Source: Phoronis australis (taxonomy: Eukaryota; Animalia; Phoronida). From it: 64,000 bases of DNA. Below the pieces are notes generated by a model. That model saw nothing but the letters and a program-made list of their open reading frames with translations, did not search any database and was not told the DNA's origin. The position numbers and the translations under genes were made by a program. Of this stretch, positions 13,167 to 25,455 are shown one piece after another. The stretch covers positions 60,400 through 124,399 of the forward strand of contig NMRA01000714.1 of the NCBI GenBank assembly GCA_002633005.1. Reading direction: 5' to 3'. How positions within the stretch are numbered: the stretch's first letter is position 1; the number at the start of each line of letters is the position of its first letter.

Positions 13167-13707
13167 TCAGGTAGCAAATAGTTTTACATTTTAATCCCTC
13201 TATCCGCTCCTACAAATTACACGATGTGACCTGAATTGTTTGTGGATTTTTCGCCATGTTAATTACTGGCCCGTTTTCTTGCTTCACGCTCTTGGTGGCT
13301 TCAGGGAGTGCAAAGATAAGGGTTGTAATTTACTGAACTAAACAGTTTTACAAAAAATTTAAAATGTTGTTCATACAACCAGTGTTTGTAGTAATGTTTA
13401 TCTGACAACGCATGGTGCTAATTTTTAATGCGCTTATAGATTAAAAAACATATTAATAATTCGTCTGTTGCGTTAATATTGCGGCATATCAATTTTTACG
13501 AGAAAATGCAGCCAAAAGTAATATTTAAGCCCAACATGAGAGACAACCTGCTGACTCATTGTTTTTCATCCACTTGACAATTTTAATTCAACAATAATAA
13601 ATTTGTCAACATCCATCACCTTCATTTTCCCGCGACTAGCTCCAGTTCTCCTTTGGAAAACACCAACTAAAGTTTACCAAAATTGCATATTTACCCATTG
13701 AGGTTAA

Positions 13708-15613
13708 AGGAGAATGCCACCCAAAAAACAACCTAATTTGTATCAATTTAGATCGAGTAGTTCTACTCCATAACGACACGTACGATTGCGTTACTTGACC
13801 CCTGACGGCAGACGGAGGTGTTGAAATCGTCCAATTACGTCATCGGTTTCATACGCGGTCTGTTCAGCAGTTCACAACAAGGGTTACTGGTGTCAGCTTA
13901 TTGCTTGAAGACATCGTTTAACACCAATAAATCATCAAACTTCGATGTAAAACCCTTAAAAGTACACCGAGTTCTTATAAAAACGTGTTTTCGTTCTTAC
14001 GGATTTATTGGTATTTGGACACACCGTAGCCTACAAAGTTCGGTAGGCCAATAAGGTCCGTAGCAGGAGTTTGGGGTGTGTTCGGAGATAATTTCGAAGT
14101 ATTTTCCGTGAGATACGGACAGGAAAACCTAGATCTGTGTTGTTTAGACTTGTGATTTTTTGAGTTCTAAACACAAAACGCTTGTTATCCTGGCCAGTGG
14201 CTCGAAGTCCGATCAGGCGCGTCGCGGCCGGCCGAATTGACTCCGGCGTTATCCAGGCCAGTGACTCTGAAACTGATCAGACATCGCGAACATAATCCAG
14301 CCAAAGTTCAGTGGAAACTAAACTTCCAGTCAAGAAAATACTATACTAGTGAGCCAAAGTAATGTGCACGTGATTATGTTGGTGAATTAGCCACGAAAAT
14401 GCAAATCTACTTACTCGTCTGTGGCCGCGAATTCAGGTTCCGCTTTGGCCACAGCACCGTCAGGGCAGAAGTTGTACATTTACAATCATTATTTGAGTAA
14501 TGGTAAATGTAAATAAAGATTCCCCTAACACCTGGCCGTGGGATTGACATCTAGTTGTTTCACAACAGTTTCTGCCAGCAAACACTAAATTAGCTTGAGC
14601 TCACATTGCCTCGGTGTCCCGTCAATTAGTTTTATAGCACCTAAAGCCGGTAACGCAGTGATTTATTCATTGCTGGCTTCTCAAACCATTTGCACTCACG
14701 AACATTCTAAAGGCATTAAAAATTGCATCTAATGAGACAGACTTTTTTCAGTTTTATATAGGTATTGGTTAGGGTGAGAATAATTCGTTTTGAAACAGAA
14801 CGCTCAGTAATAAACGCCAACATGGCAACTCGCAGTCCCGACTTAGGACGAGCTAGAGCTCATCAGTCCCGATTTCGCAGGTGGATCGTTAAGTTTTACA
14901 GGCTATCAATTCGAACAGGAATACGGTGATGAAGAAATACTAGAGAGGCGCCGTGAACAAGCTTAGACAACGGAACGTATGGAGTTATTTGGTAAGCCGG
15001 CATTCGTCAGACACTGTCGACGTCTGCAGGCTACAGACACGGAGATGTTTCACGGCCTCATACTTGCTATTTACAGCGTACATTTCATTATTGACTACCA
15101 GGAGACACTTCCTAAGTGTAACGTCGTCGGTATACGACGTATAAAAACCAATTGAATGATATAAGAGTTATATTATCAAAGTATTCAGCATTAAAGCAAA
15201 CGACATCCAAGTGACTAAAACACATGCAAGAAAACTATTTATACACGCTAAGAATATACGTCATAGTGACACGTGATTAACAGTCATACATTTAAGTGCT
15301 ACCGGAACTATAAACATCTGGTAGAAATTCAATACATGACACTTAAGAATTTCGGACTCTCGAGAAAGTAAAAAACACGATATACCCGCTTTCCTCGCAG
15401 GTGCTTAGTTCGGACAAGCGGGAACGATGAACCGCAACATAGCGGCATTCACTCTGCATATGAACCCTGACGTCGCTAGCGTCGTTTGTCATCTTCCTCA
15501 CAGGTTAACGCGACACCTCTTGGCAAGGTAAGGTCGACCGTATGAGAGGCGATGTGGATATAGACCGATTAAGACGGCAAAAAAAAACTAATTAAATCGG
15601 GTGGCATTCTCCT
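13708..15613 (-). mobile_element. Kolobok-type non-autonomous element, family K2, copy with both ends
   Basis: Perfect 15-bp TIR AGGAGAATGCCACCC / GGGTGGCATTCTCCT with TTAA on both sides; THAP remnant on the minus strand; plus-strand stub MATRSPD..GYQFEQEYGDEEILERRREQ. Confidence 0.85.
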
Positions 15614-15907
15614 TTAACGCCATCAGCTCCACTGTGCGACCTGCAATGCGCATTATAGGCTAAGTCAGTCTGTCGCAAGCCGCCAGCCAATCCATAACCT
15701 ACATGTACGTACACTACGACTAAGCTGATAATGCGAACTGGTTCATGAAAGAAGAATGCCGCCGAATAAACAATAAGCTCAATTTAGATCGAGTAACTCC
15801 ACTCGATACCCGCAAGGTCATTTCTTTTACCAGAAGGCAGACGGAGATACTTGTACGTCACAGGTTCTAACACAGTCTGCTGTGCAGTCTATAAGATGGT
15901 TAGTGGT

Positions 15908-16642
15908 CAGTGGCGGATCTAGGATATCACAAGGGGGGGCAACATTTTGTCCGGCTGTAAGCATTTGCGCAAACCACGAATGTAGATACGCATAGCACCG
16001 AATGGTGGGAGGTCGGGAGGGGGGCAAGCCCAGGATTTTTTTCTGTTTTTTTCCGCTAAAAATAAAGCATTTTTCTTGATTCCTAAAGTATTATTCAAGA
16101 AAAAAAGGCAAAACAAACACGGAGAACGTGTCAATCAGGAAAACGTGCAAGTACCACAGACTCAAACTCATGACTTGGCGGAGAGAGCGCGCGTGTCTTA
16201 CCACTACACCACCACGATTTAACTACTAATCTTATATCATGAGACTTACTTATTTATGGTCCACAGCGTTTGCACACGAAACCTACTTCTTTTTGTAATG
16301 TTTACTGCACGTTTTATATTTTGTGCAATCAGTTCTGAACAAATTTGTTGTATATAAAATAGTCTTCAAATGCCCAAAAGACCAAATCCGTTTTTCGTGT
16401 TGGCAATAATGACGGGATTGCTTTGGAAATCGTCTTAAGTTAAGGTTTGACAAAGAGAGAATTATGAGTTTCCTCCGCAAACACTAAACTGCACACGTTT
16501 AAATCTTGATTCATCCGCATGATTTTAATTACCGGGGTTAATTAATAAACTCAACATTTCCCTACGCTCTTGGTGTTTTATTTTTTTGCAGCAGCCAAGG
16601 GAGGGATCCCTGCCCCCCNCCCCCCCCCTAAATCCGCCTATG
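15908..16642. mobile_element. hAT5-like MITE carrying a tRNA-like segment
   Basis: Ends CAGTGGCGGATCTAGG / CCTAAATCCGCCTATG; flanks GTGGT / CTGGT (4 of 5 match); second copy at 58025-58600. Confidence 0.65.
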
Positions 16643-16648
16643 CTGGTG

Positions 16649-17819
16649 TAATCATCAAAAGTCGATTTAAAACCCTTACAAATACATTGAGTTTTTAAAC
16701 AAATGAGTTGTTTTATGTCGCTGATACGGATTTATAGAAATTTTGAAATCACCATAGCCTACAAAGTTCGGTAGGCCAACTTACCAAGATCGGTCGCGGG
16801 AAGTTTGGAGTCTGTTCGGTGATAAATTGTAATTATGCTTCCGTGAAATACAGTGTGTTATAATTTTAGACTTGCGATTTTTTTCAGGTCTAAACACAAA
16901 ACGGCCGTTATAAACTAGTGGCTCGGAACACGAACAGGCCTGTCGCGGCCGGACAGGAGACATTACGAACATATACCAGCCGAGTTAGTCGAATGCAGTG
17001 GCTGAAACCTAAACTTTCAATCACGAAAAGACTAGACTAGGGAACCAAAAGAAATAATGTGGACGTGAATATTTTAGAAAATTCGCCGCGAAATTGCAAA
17101 TCTGCTTGCTCGTCGGGGGCCGCGAAACTAGGTTCCCTTCCACAGAACCGAACAGGGAAAAGATGAATAATGTACGGTACCTAAATAAAGATTCCCCCTA
17201 ACACCTGACCATAGCATGTAAAATCGAGTTATAATTCATTTATGTCATCAAACACTGAATTAGCATGAGCTGACACGGGTAGCCGCCCGGGCAATCAATT
17301 TTATTGCACTTGAAGCCGTTAACGTAGTACATATATGATTTATTCATTGTTGATTTCGCAAAACATTTGCACTCAAGAACACTCCTAAGGCATTACAACT
17401 TGTATCTACTGAGACAGACTTTGACACTTTCAGGCTTTGTATGAGCTTTATATAAACATTGGTTAGGGTGAGAATAATTCGTATTGAAACGGAACAATGT
17501 CGGATACAAGCACGGAGACTCGTTCTTTACTGCCGGGGACCACTTAGTACGAAGCTTTCAGGTTTTCGAGGAAATCGAAAAAACGATATACCCGCTTTCC
17601 TCGCAGCTTCGTGGTTCGCACAAGCTGGAACGATACGAAACGCCATAGCGACAAGCACTAAGCTTAAGAACCTCTGACGTCGATACGTCGTGTACTCCCC
17701 TAACTCACAGGTTAACGTGACATCTTTCGGCGAGGTGAGTTCGATTGTATACGAGGTGATGTGGATATAGACTGGTGAAGACGGTAACAAAAACTAAATA
17801 AATCGGGCGGCATTCTCAT
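16649..17819 (-). mobile_element. Kolobok K2 copy lacking its left end
   Basis: Colinear with 13930-15613; right end GGGCGGCATTCTCAT|TTAA; THAP start RIVPACANHEAARKAGISFFRFPRKP. Confidence 0.8.
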
Positions 17820-18002
17820 TTAACGCCTAAACAAAAGACAGAATATCGTAATCATATGACATGCCCTGCGTTTGAGAAGGATCCTTGTACATGTATGGAA
17901 TCTTACTATCCGGCAAGTGATATTCAGGACCGCCTTGATCGAAGAGGCTGGCTGCGGATTATCAACAAACCCTGGGTATGAAACGCGCACCACTGACGTG
18001 TT

Positions 18003-18230
18003 CTAACTCAACAGAAATATGTTTGTACCAAACCGCACATTTTGCAGAATAACCCGCAATTCCTTTACATAACAACATTTTGCACAATTACGCTTCCTCG
18101 AGCAGGCCATGAAAATGGTTGAATGTTCGTTGACAGGGCAAAGTCTAAACCAGAACCTTCGTTGTAAACACAGGTAGTTTTTCAGTTTTCTATCGCCTAC
18201 TCTCTTGGCTGCAACAGACTCCCTCATCGT
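18003..18230 (-). pseudogene. Possible relic of a piggyBac-type C-terminal cysteine-rich domain
   Basis: RLCPVNEHSTIFM..RKRNCAKC, then after a frameshift FCKMCG..FC. The pattern resembles the piggyBac CRD; no catalytic domain or TIR seen. Confidence 0.3.
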
Positions 18231-19439
18231 TGTTGTTCACGTGACGGCTGCACAGGTAGTTTAACAACAGCTGGACATGCTGAAAGAAATCAAAACAGTT
18301 GATAAGGTTACATTTCGCCCCCGTTTAGCTGCTAATGTTAAATTCTCAACACAACTGCTAGTTCGAACTTGTAGTTGCTGAATGAGCCGACAAATGCAAT
18401 CTCAGGGAATTCGTGCAATTTATAGGATTGACCAAATCCGATGAAGTCGGTGACTTTTCTGTCCTTCTTTGTAATGGAAATAGAGTTTACGATGAGAGCG
18501 ATTTTATGGGAGTACTTTCAAATAAAAAGTGTGTGGTAGATGTGACCAAGTCAGATGCAGCTCGTCTGCCAGTCAAGATTATAGTTCTCCTGTGCAAGAA
18601 ATTCGAGTAGAATCATTAACGCGAACCTCGGGCTAACACAAGGATACGCAATCGATCTGCATATTAACCAAACAAATAAAAACGCCATGGCCGAATTTTC
18701 TTTTTTTCATATAGACTTTGTTAGGACCCTAAATTCAAATTTAAACCACTGCTGGTAACGCGAGTAGACATCGTAGTGAACAACAGACACACGCCGGGCC
18801 GCTGGGATGACACGGCAGCTAGCAAAAATACAAAGAACCAGAAGCAGGCCAGTGACCTGAATCATGGAGCCAACGTACAACGGCGAGAGATTTCATCTGT
18901 GATCAGTCGATTAGTAACTTTACATGACCGCGAGGACCACTGCGTAACAGGTTTACCCAGGTGGTGCATTTGATTAGTTCTTGATTGAAATTATGCACAT
19001 GTACTGAAATCATACATGATTCTAATAAATGTGACCAGTCCGTTAGGACTATAACACTATTATTTGTCTAGAATAGCGCAACAAATACATGTAGCTAAAA
19101 CATCGTATTTATAAGAGTAATAATGAAAACTAATAAACTGTTTGAAGCCTTCTTCTAAATAATTGTTTCACATGATACCCTTCTAAGTCGAGAGAAGACT
19201 TAATTGTAATAATCCGGAAAACTGTCTCCTGAGGAACTCAGGAATGTTCATTTGAATGTGAAACATCCAGGTCTTTTGCACAGCTGAAACGAGAACAGTG
19301 TGCATTTGTTCTTAACATTTGATAAGTCTGGTTTCCTCAAAATAAATACATTTATAAAACAATATTAGCGTCAAATGGCAGATACAACCGTGTAATAACC
19401 CATAAAGTTATCTCACTAGTGAAATAACGATTTGGCGGG

Positions 19440-19512
19440 AAAACGAGGACGGGGTCGAACCCGGGACCCTGAAATTGCTGGTCGCCGACTTTACCACTAC
19501 ACCACGCAGCGA
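19440..19512 (-). other. Degenerate tRNA-like Pol III promoter segment (SINE head or tRNA pseudogene)
   Basis: A box TGGTGTAGTGG, B box GGTTCGACCC, followed by TTTT; acceptor and anticodon stems do not pair. Confidence 0.55.
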
Positions 19513-20049
19513 CTGACGTCATCAAGATTGAAAATAGAATACTTAAATGAGCACGCGCAATAATCCCATGTTCAACAAACCGCATTGTACTGTACTTATA
19601 CGCTACGAAAAATAAGACACATAATTTCCATAAAAATGATATCTTAATTCGGTGAATTTTTTCTCTCATGTCCTCTTACTTGTAAATCACTGATCTCTAG
19701 TTTGAATGCGGGTATCGTGTGGTCAGGATCTGGTAACCTACTTTAGCAGACGATAATTTCCTGGTCAAAGCTTAGCGTGAAAAAAACGTGTTTTAAGCTA
19801 TAATAGTTGGTAAGCCTTAATTTATTCATTCAATTTATTTCTATAATATTTAAGTTTTCAATTGGTTTTGAGTAAAAGCATTATTTGACAAAAATAGCCG
19901 GGCTTTTCTTAAAAGGTCACGACCTCCGACCCTGGCCTCTGACATAGAAAGTTGTTACAAAGCCGTGGAGAGTCAGAAAAGTTAAATCGATTTATTGCAA
20001 TGTTTCTCGTTTAGGATGTGGTATAAAGAGATTATTACATGTTCTCAGC

Positions 20050-20168
20050 CGTTATCCCCCTTATCTAGAGCCCGAGTGGATTTTGGAGAATTATCGCCCG
20101 AGGGGCGTTAGTCCCGAGGGTGATAATTCTCCAAAATCCACTCGGGCTCTAGATAACGGGAGATAACG
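20050..20168. repeat. Near-perfect ~120-bp palindrome
   Basis: TTATCTAGAGCCCGAGTGGATTTTGGAGAATTATCGCCC mirrored by GGGTGATAATTCTCCAAAATCCACTCGGGCTCTAGATAA around a short loop. Confidence 0.9.
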
Positions 20169-21315
20169 ACTTCGCCAGTCAAGAAAATATGATAATAGGA
20201 AAATAGCCAGCACTCTTTAAAAAGATGAAGACAACCACTGCACCGTAGGAAGGAATTGCGTAGCCTGCTTGTCTCAGTGCCAGTCAGTAATTGACCTACA
20301 GTCAGAATTTCGAGTGACGGTTTAACTGGCCAATCAGAACGCAACATTCTTGACGCACCCGTGTTTCCAAGCCGCCATTTTACCCGACAAACAACACGTT
20401 GTCGGATAAAACTTAATGTTTGTTTGTTTGTTGACTTTTCGCAAGGGGCGGAGCTTGCGATACATGTCGGTCGATTGCTTGTGGATGGGTATTTGAAAAA
20501 ATGACGCTATCTTTACTACACCAAAATTTAATTTCTAAGTGATACAAGAAAATGTCCATAAATTTCAAAATTAATTATTTAAAGGAACAGCAAGACCGTG
20601 ATCTAGCAAGCTGATTTCAGACCTTTCAAATGCGGTAGAAGGGAAATGCGTGAAGACCTCCGCAGAAAAATAAGGCATAAACTTGTTGCAGTCACTCATC
20701 TCCAAAACTCGTAAAAATATGTTAAACAAATCGTGGCGAATCTACTTCTCAGGGATGTTAACGTGACAGTTATTAACACGGAATGCTGCAAAAACTTCCA
20801 GAAAAAATAATCAGATTCTCTTTTTTCAGAAATACAGACGAAACAAAAACCCTTTCGTCTCATTACAGTTTTCAAATTCTCCGCACCTAATAATATACAT
20901 GCTCGCATGCCCTTAAAGAAGCCGGACTGTCCGCTGCTGGAAATCGTCGTTTTGTTTACATTGAAGTTCTACGTCTTACCATACGAGCAGTCCATACGAG
21001 CAGTGCTAAAATTGGCGTTATCACTGACCAAAATTTATCCTCAAAATGAAAAGTGGAAGAGAGACAATTTTACTGAAGCCGTTAGTGTAGTTCAAGTGGG
21101 CGTGAACCAAGCTCATTAATGCAAGCAATAATACACAACTTGTATATGTTCAGTACAGTAGGACGTCCCTCAGCAATCGCCGTGAACAACGTGCTTGAAG
21201 CTGTCAATAGCGGAGTTGCAACGCCGCCATATTGGAAATGGGTCAGAATGTTGCATTCTGGTTAAGCCGGTAAACAAGTACGTCGGCAAGCGTGGGGGCG
21301 AACCGGCCACAGAGA

Positions 21316-21560
21316 GGTTATAGGTGTTGTGTGCCTGGCATGCTATAATACCAGTTCTCGAGATAAAAAATTTAGTTACTATCTGTTTCCCAAGGATCAA
21401 GAACTGCTTTAAACATGGGTCAGAGACATCGGTAGAGCTGGTAGCAAAGGCCGACTTCGTGAATTCTTTCCGACTTCGTAGCATAAAGTATGCAGCGCTC
21501 ATTTTGAGGGCGGCAAGAAAACGTATTGGAAACTGCCCAACACTATCTCCCTTCAAAGAA
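21316..21560 (+). pseudogene. THAP-domain relic from a transposase, missed by the ORF track
   Basis: GYRCCVPG/(frameshift)CYNTSSRDKKFSYYLFPKDQELL*TWVRDIGR..PTS*HKVCSAHFEGGKK../CPTL. The C2CH ligands and the conserved P, W and F are all present. Confidence 0.8.
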
Positions 21561-23019
21561 ACAGTAACAAATAATCCACGGCGGTTAGTAGTGAAAACTT
21601 GTTTTCGCTTGACCAGAACCAAGCCAACATGAGCAATTTTGAGGATATATGAATGCCTCTGCACAATCACCTGTTCTGGGTCAACTCACTTAACGTACGC
21701 ACACTATATGCATTAACGCGCTAAGATAAAGCGTGCAGAATATTGTTATTTACTTTCTGCAAAATTGTGGTGCATTGCTATCAAAAGTCGTTGTTAAATT
21801 ACGATCATTTTTCATAAAATTGTGTTGAAGTCCCAGGGCGAAATCTTGACGACCAATGCGTAGCTGCCGGTCTCGCAATCGTCGATAGGGCTTGAATTCT
21901 TGAATAAGAATACAGCTTCGACTCAACAAATTACCTGAAGTCCTCCTCAAGTTTTCCAAATAGCGTCTCTAAGATTTTTAAGTTCTTGTGGAGTCTGGAT
22001 TAACTGCAGATTAAGTCCAAATCTGCGCTAGATTGTAGCCCGCAACTGTGACGAGAAAAATCTTTGGAGGAACACACATGTTGTTGTCACGTGACGTTTG
22101 TTTTGAAGTTTGTAAGCGTGTGTGTGTGAGAGTAAGCGTGCGTGTGCTTGTCATCAAGAGTTTCTTTGCCAGAGTAAATGCGATGTAATGATCTAGGTGT
22201 GCATTGTACCCAAAGAAATTAACTCAAGCAGTCAAGCAGAGCGTGTTTTAATATTTAGCTTAGCACTTGCTGGCCTCATCTGCTAAAAAACGTTCGAGAA
22301 TTTTTTCGGTAAGACCGATATGTCACTCATTGAGTCGCCGGGTGAGTGGATGCGTGACCGTAGTGTAACAGCTATTTTCCGGAAGATTTGGGGTGTAAGG
22401 GTGCGAATGTATTCACTATCAGTGGGTCATTTTGACCTTAAAAACACCAATTATGATTAGTTAAATAATTTCTCTTAAAAATAATGCAAAAGATTTTTAC
22501 GGTAATAGAAACTTTCGGAACTTAGTACCAATATTTATTTGCCGATGTTATGTTACCCGTTTCATGAATAGATAGTTCTCGACTAAATGTCTTCGATGAC
22601 AGCCGGTATATTATGCAGCGCGCGGAAAGAAACAGTGCAATCCCGCTGACAAGTACGCTGCGCCTCTTCAAAGTCCAGACTCGCGTAGTGGGGCACATCC
22701 CTTGCAAGAGCAGCAAAACTTCTGCGTTCTTTTTGAATCGCGGCGTAAGTAAGTGTACACGGACATAACGGTGAGGCTCGTGGTCTACAAATTCAGGACT
22801 CGTATCTTTCAATTGATAAATTGGAGACCGTAGGTAAGGGCATTTTCCGCATGTAGTTCATGGGCTGGGCGCTTACTTTAGCGAAGTCTGAAAACGCGTT
22901 GGGGCACCTGTTGGGGCATGGGCGCTTATTAGGGCGAATAGCGGCAGAATTACATGCAGCAGCGTAGTTTAATGCACACAAATCACACGTCGTGCAAACC
23001 AATCGGCCATTCCGTTTTC

Positions 23020-24180
23020 CCTAATCAATACCAATAGCCTTTGCGCACCCTAATTTCCGGACATGCGCAATCGTTAAATCGATTCGGCTGCAACTCCGCT
23101 ATTGGACGACACTGGGCATGTGTAATGGTTGCCCAGTTTTGACCATTATACGTTATTGCACACCTTTCTGTGATTTCTGTGTGCAGCAGAGTCGGAGATG
23201 CGAATATCATCGGCATAACGGTGTATGCACAGGGGTGGTAGACCGATTAACATTTCTGGAGCTGGAGTAGGCATCCCTGGAAATCGGAGGGGAGACACAA
23301 ACATGGTAGACGTTGTAGCTGATTAAGTTAGTTCAACGTCGTTACCCGGGAGATATTCCTCAACATTTACCATTAATCGCGAGACATCTCACCAGCGCAG
23401 TTTTGGCTTTTGAGATCGTTGTCTGTAATATTTGGTGTCGAGGAAAGGAGATGGTGTAGAATGGCACATGAATAACTCGCCTTAATTATCTACAAATGAA
23501 CTGAGATGAGTACTATTCAGCATTAAATATCGAGTTTACCAGTTTAGCTTCCAGGTGGGCATAACTACTTTTAATTTGCTGCCACTAATTTTTATGTCAA
23601 CTGATCTCTGGGCAGAGTAACTACATGTGTCACTATAAATAGTGGACGGATTGAAAACAATATCGTCTGCATGGGTTTGAATATATGAGTGGGACTCAGT
23701 TGAGCCGCAGGATAGACGTAGATGTAGCACCACTCTGAGGTGTGTCGGGAGTTACTAACCGACTCGTCTACACCATTCAGTCACGGATTGGCTTCTGAGC
23801 ACGTTGGTGATTCACCTGGCAAGACAACCATCCAGTTTGATGAGGTTTAGTCACTCGGATCTCCATCGCGCTTGATATTGTTAAAAGAACCTACAGAGTC
23901 AATGCAAGTACAGAGGGTCAGACCTTTAAGAAGGGCGTCAAGGCTATAAGTCTAAATAATTTAGCCAACAAGTACGAGGTCTTCCGTGGCTTATGAATGA
24001 AGACGCCCTGGTGTTTATCAATGTATTTTGACATGCAACTTAGTCGAACACTCGCTTTGTGAGTCAGTGTAAGTACAGGGATGATGATATTTCGGACTCT
24101 TTCACGATTATAGGGTAGACTCTGCCCAGTTATGGGGATTTCCACGAACTACAAGAGGTCAACTCAAAACAGTGTGGTTT
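23020..24180 (-). mobile_element. Second, more decayed relic of the LINE family at 2470-5290
   Basis: VFIHKPRKTSYLLAKLFRLIALTPFLK and QTHADDI; nucleotide similarity to 3870-4980. Confidence 0.75.
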
Positions 24181-24799
24181 GGCTATTCCAACGGTTCACA
24201 CTCCGTTGATTCCTATTTTTCAAAAAGATGACTAGACAGTGTTGCATGACTGCAAGTCTAGAGGAGTGGTCCATCTGTAGCACTTACATCAGCCTTGCTG
24301 ATGCAGAGTCAGATCCGTAGCCTGGGGGGGGGGTTCGGTAGGTTCAACCCTCCGCGGAAAAGGTGCAAACCTAGCCTTTCCGTTATAGATAGGATATAGA
24401 TGGCCAACAACAACAAAATTGTTGCAGCTACTGATAGTAATAGCTACATGTACAATGATTACTAAGTTATATAGTTACATATAATTTTGAATTTGCTTTT
24501 AACTTAAACATGACAGGATCGTGGAGACATCTATGGGAGGATTTATGTTATTCATTGGCAATGTATAGTGGTTGACATTTCATTAATATTCCTAATCATA
24601 CATGTATTATTTTAAAATTGCAAGTACGTACTCATTTTTCCGTATTGAGGCATGAGGGCGATTTCGCATGAGCATGAACTCCAAACAATTGTTTTAATAT
24701 GCCGGCGTTGTTTCCGTTATAGGTACATCTAATAACCCAAGTGTCATTTATTTTTGCAGGTAAAAGCTTAAAAATTACACCTGGGTGCAAACATTAAGA

Positions 24800-25125
24800 T
24801 ATTTTCGAAGTAGTCAACCTTCGGAACAGCGAACCTTTGGAGTAGCGAACATTAGGAATAGGGACTGTTATCATTTCCCGCGAGGTAAGCAGCTTCTAAG
24901 GAACACGCAAAAAATGCAACAAGATAAAAATTTTGTCGAGTCATTCTCCGACTAAGTATTTCCGTCCGAGTCTGTAATGAGGTGCAATCACTCATTTAAG
25001 TGCGCCTGATTTGAAAGTTTGGCATGAGGTAACTTGAGCATGTTCTCTTTCTGGATCACATTATATGCGAATTTGAGTCCAGTTCTTTGCGAGCAACCGT
25101 CAAAACATCCTCATTTATGGTAAAA
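24800..25125 (-). repeat. Interspersed repeat with a short array of the CCGAAGGTTCGCTAC satellite (inverted homologue of 37765-38490)
   Basis: Its reverse complement shares CACCTCATTACA..CGGACGGAAATA.TTAGTCGG with 37907-37943 and carries ~4 satellite units. Confidence 0.7.
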
Positions 25126-25281
25126 AAACTACCATTCCTTAACATTTTAAAAAATGAGAGATCACTGGCCAGTTGATTAGACCCTGGTTAATGTCGCGGC
25201 TCATGAATGGACTACAACGTAAAGGGTTTTCAGAACAGCACACTTGGTCTATTGTTCAAATGAATCGTCTGTTCCGATAAC

Positions 25282-25425
25282 CATGGGCGGCGCACCATAG
25301 GAGGCTATGGCCCCCACTTTTTTCAGTACTGCGCCGCCCATGGTCTATAGGCGGCGCACCACAAGGGAGCTAGAGGGGCTTTAGCTCCCTCCCCCCCCCC
25401 TTTTTTCAGTGCTGCGCCGCCTGTG
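25282..25425. mobile_element. Dimeric hAT5-like MITE
   Basis: CATGGGCGGCGCA...TGCGCCGCCTGTG with 5-bp duplication ATAAC (25277-25281, 25426-25430); same dimer structure at 60704-61284. Confidence 0.8.
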
Positions 25426-25437
25426 ATAACGAGCATC

Positions 25438-25455
25438 TCACCTCCGCGGAGAATT
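25438..25455 (-). CDS. Candidate terminal exon 7 of the CASD1-like gene (degenerate)
   Basis: Acceptor TTATAG| in phase 0 gives NSPRR*. With the MITE removed, the same frame continues DARYRNRRFI*TIDQVCCSENP, resembling CASD1 YCN..D..CC. Confidence 0.45.
   Translation of the reverse strand, partial: NSPRR

Noticed and set aside
13708-15613. piggyBac assignment for the TTAA-flanked elements
   Set aside because: The ends are AGG rather than CCY, and they carry THAP and KolX-like stubs, which fits Kolobok.
19440-19512. Functional tRNA gene
   Set aside because: A and B boxes are present but the cloverleaf stems do not pair.
25220-25440. In-frame TGA codons as selenocysteine
   Set aside because: They do not fall at Cys positions of CASD1, no SECIS was recognised, and a MITE also interrupts the frame; TGG/CGA-to-TGA decay is simpler.
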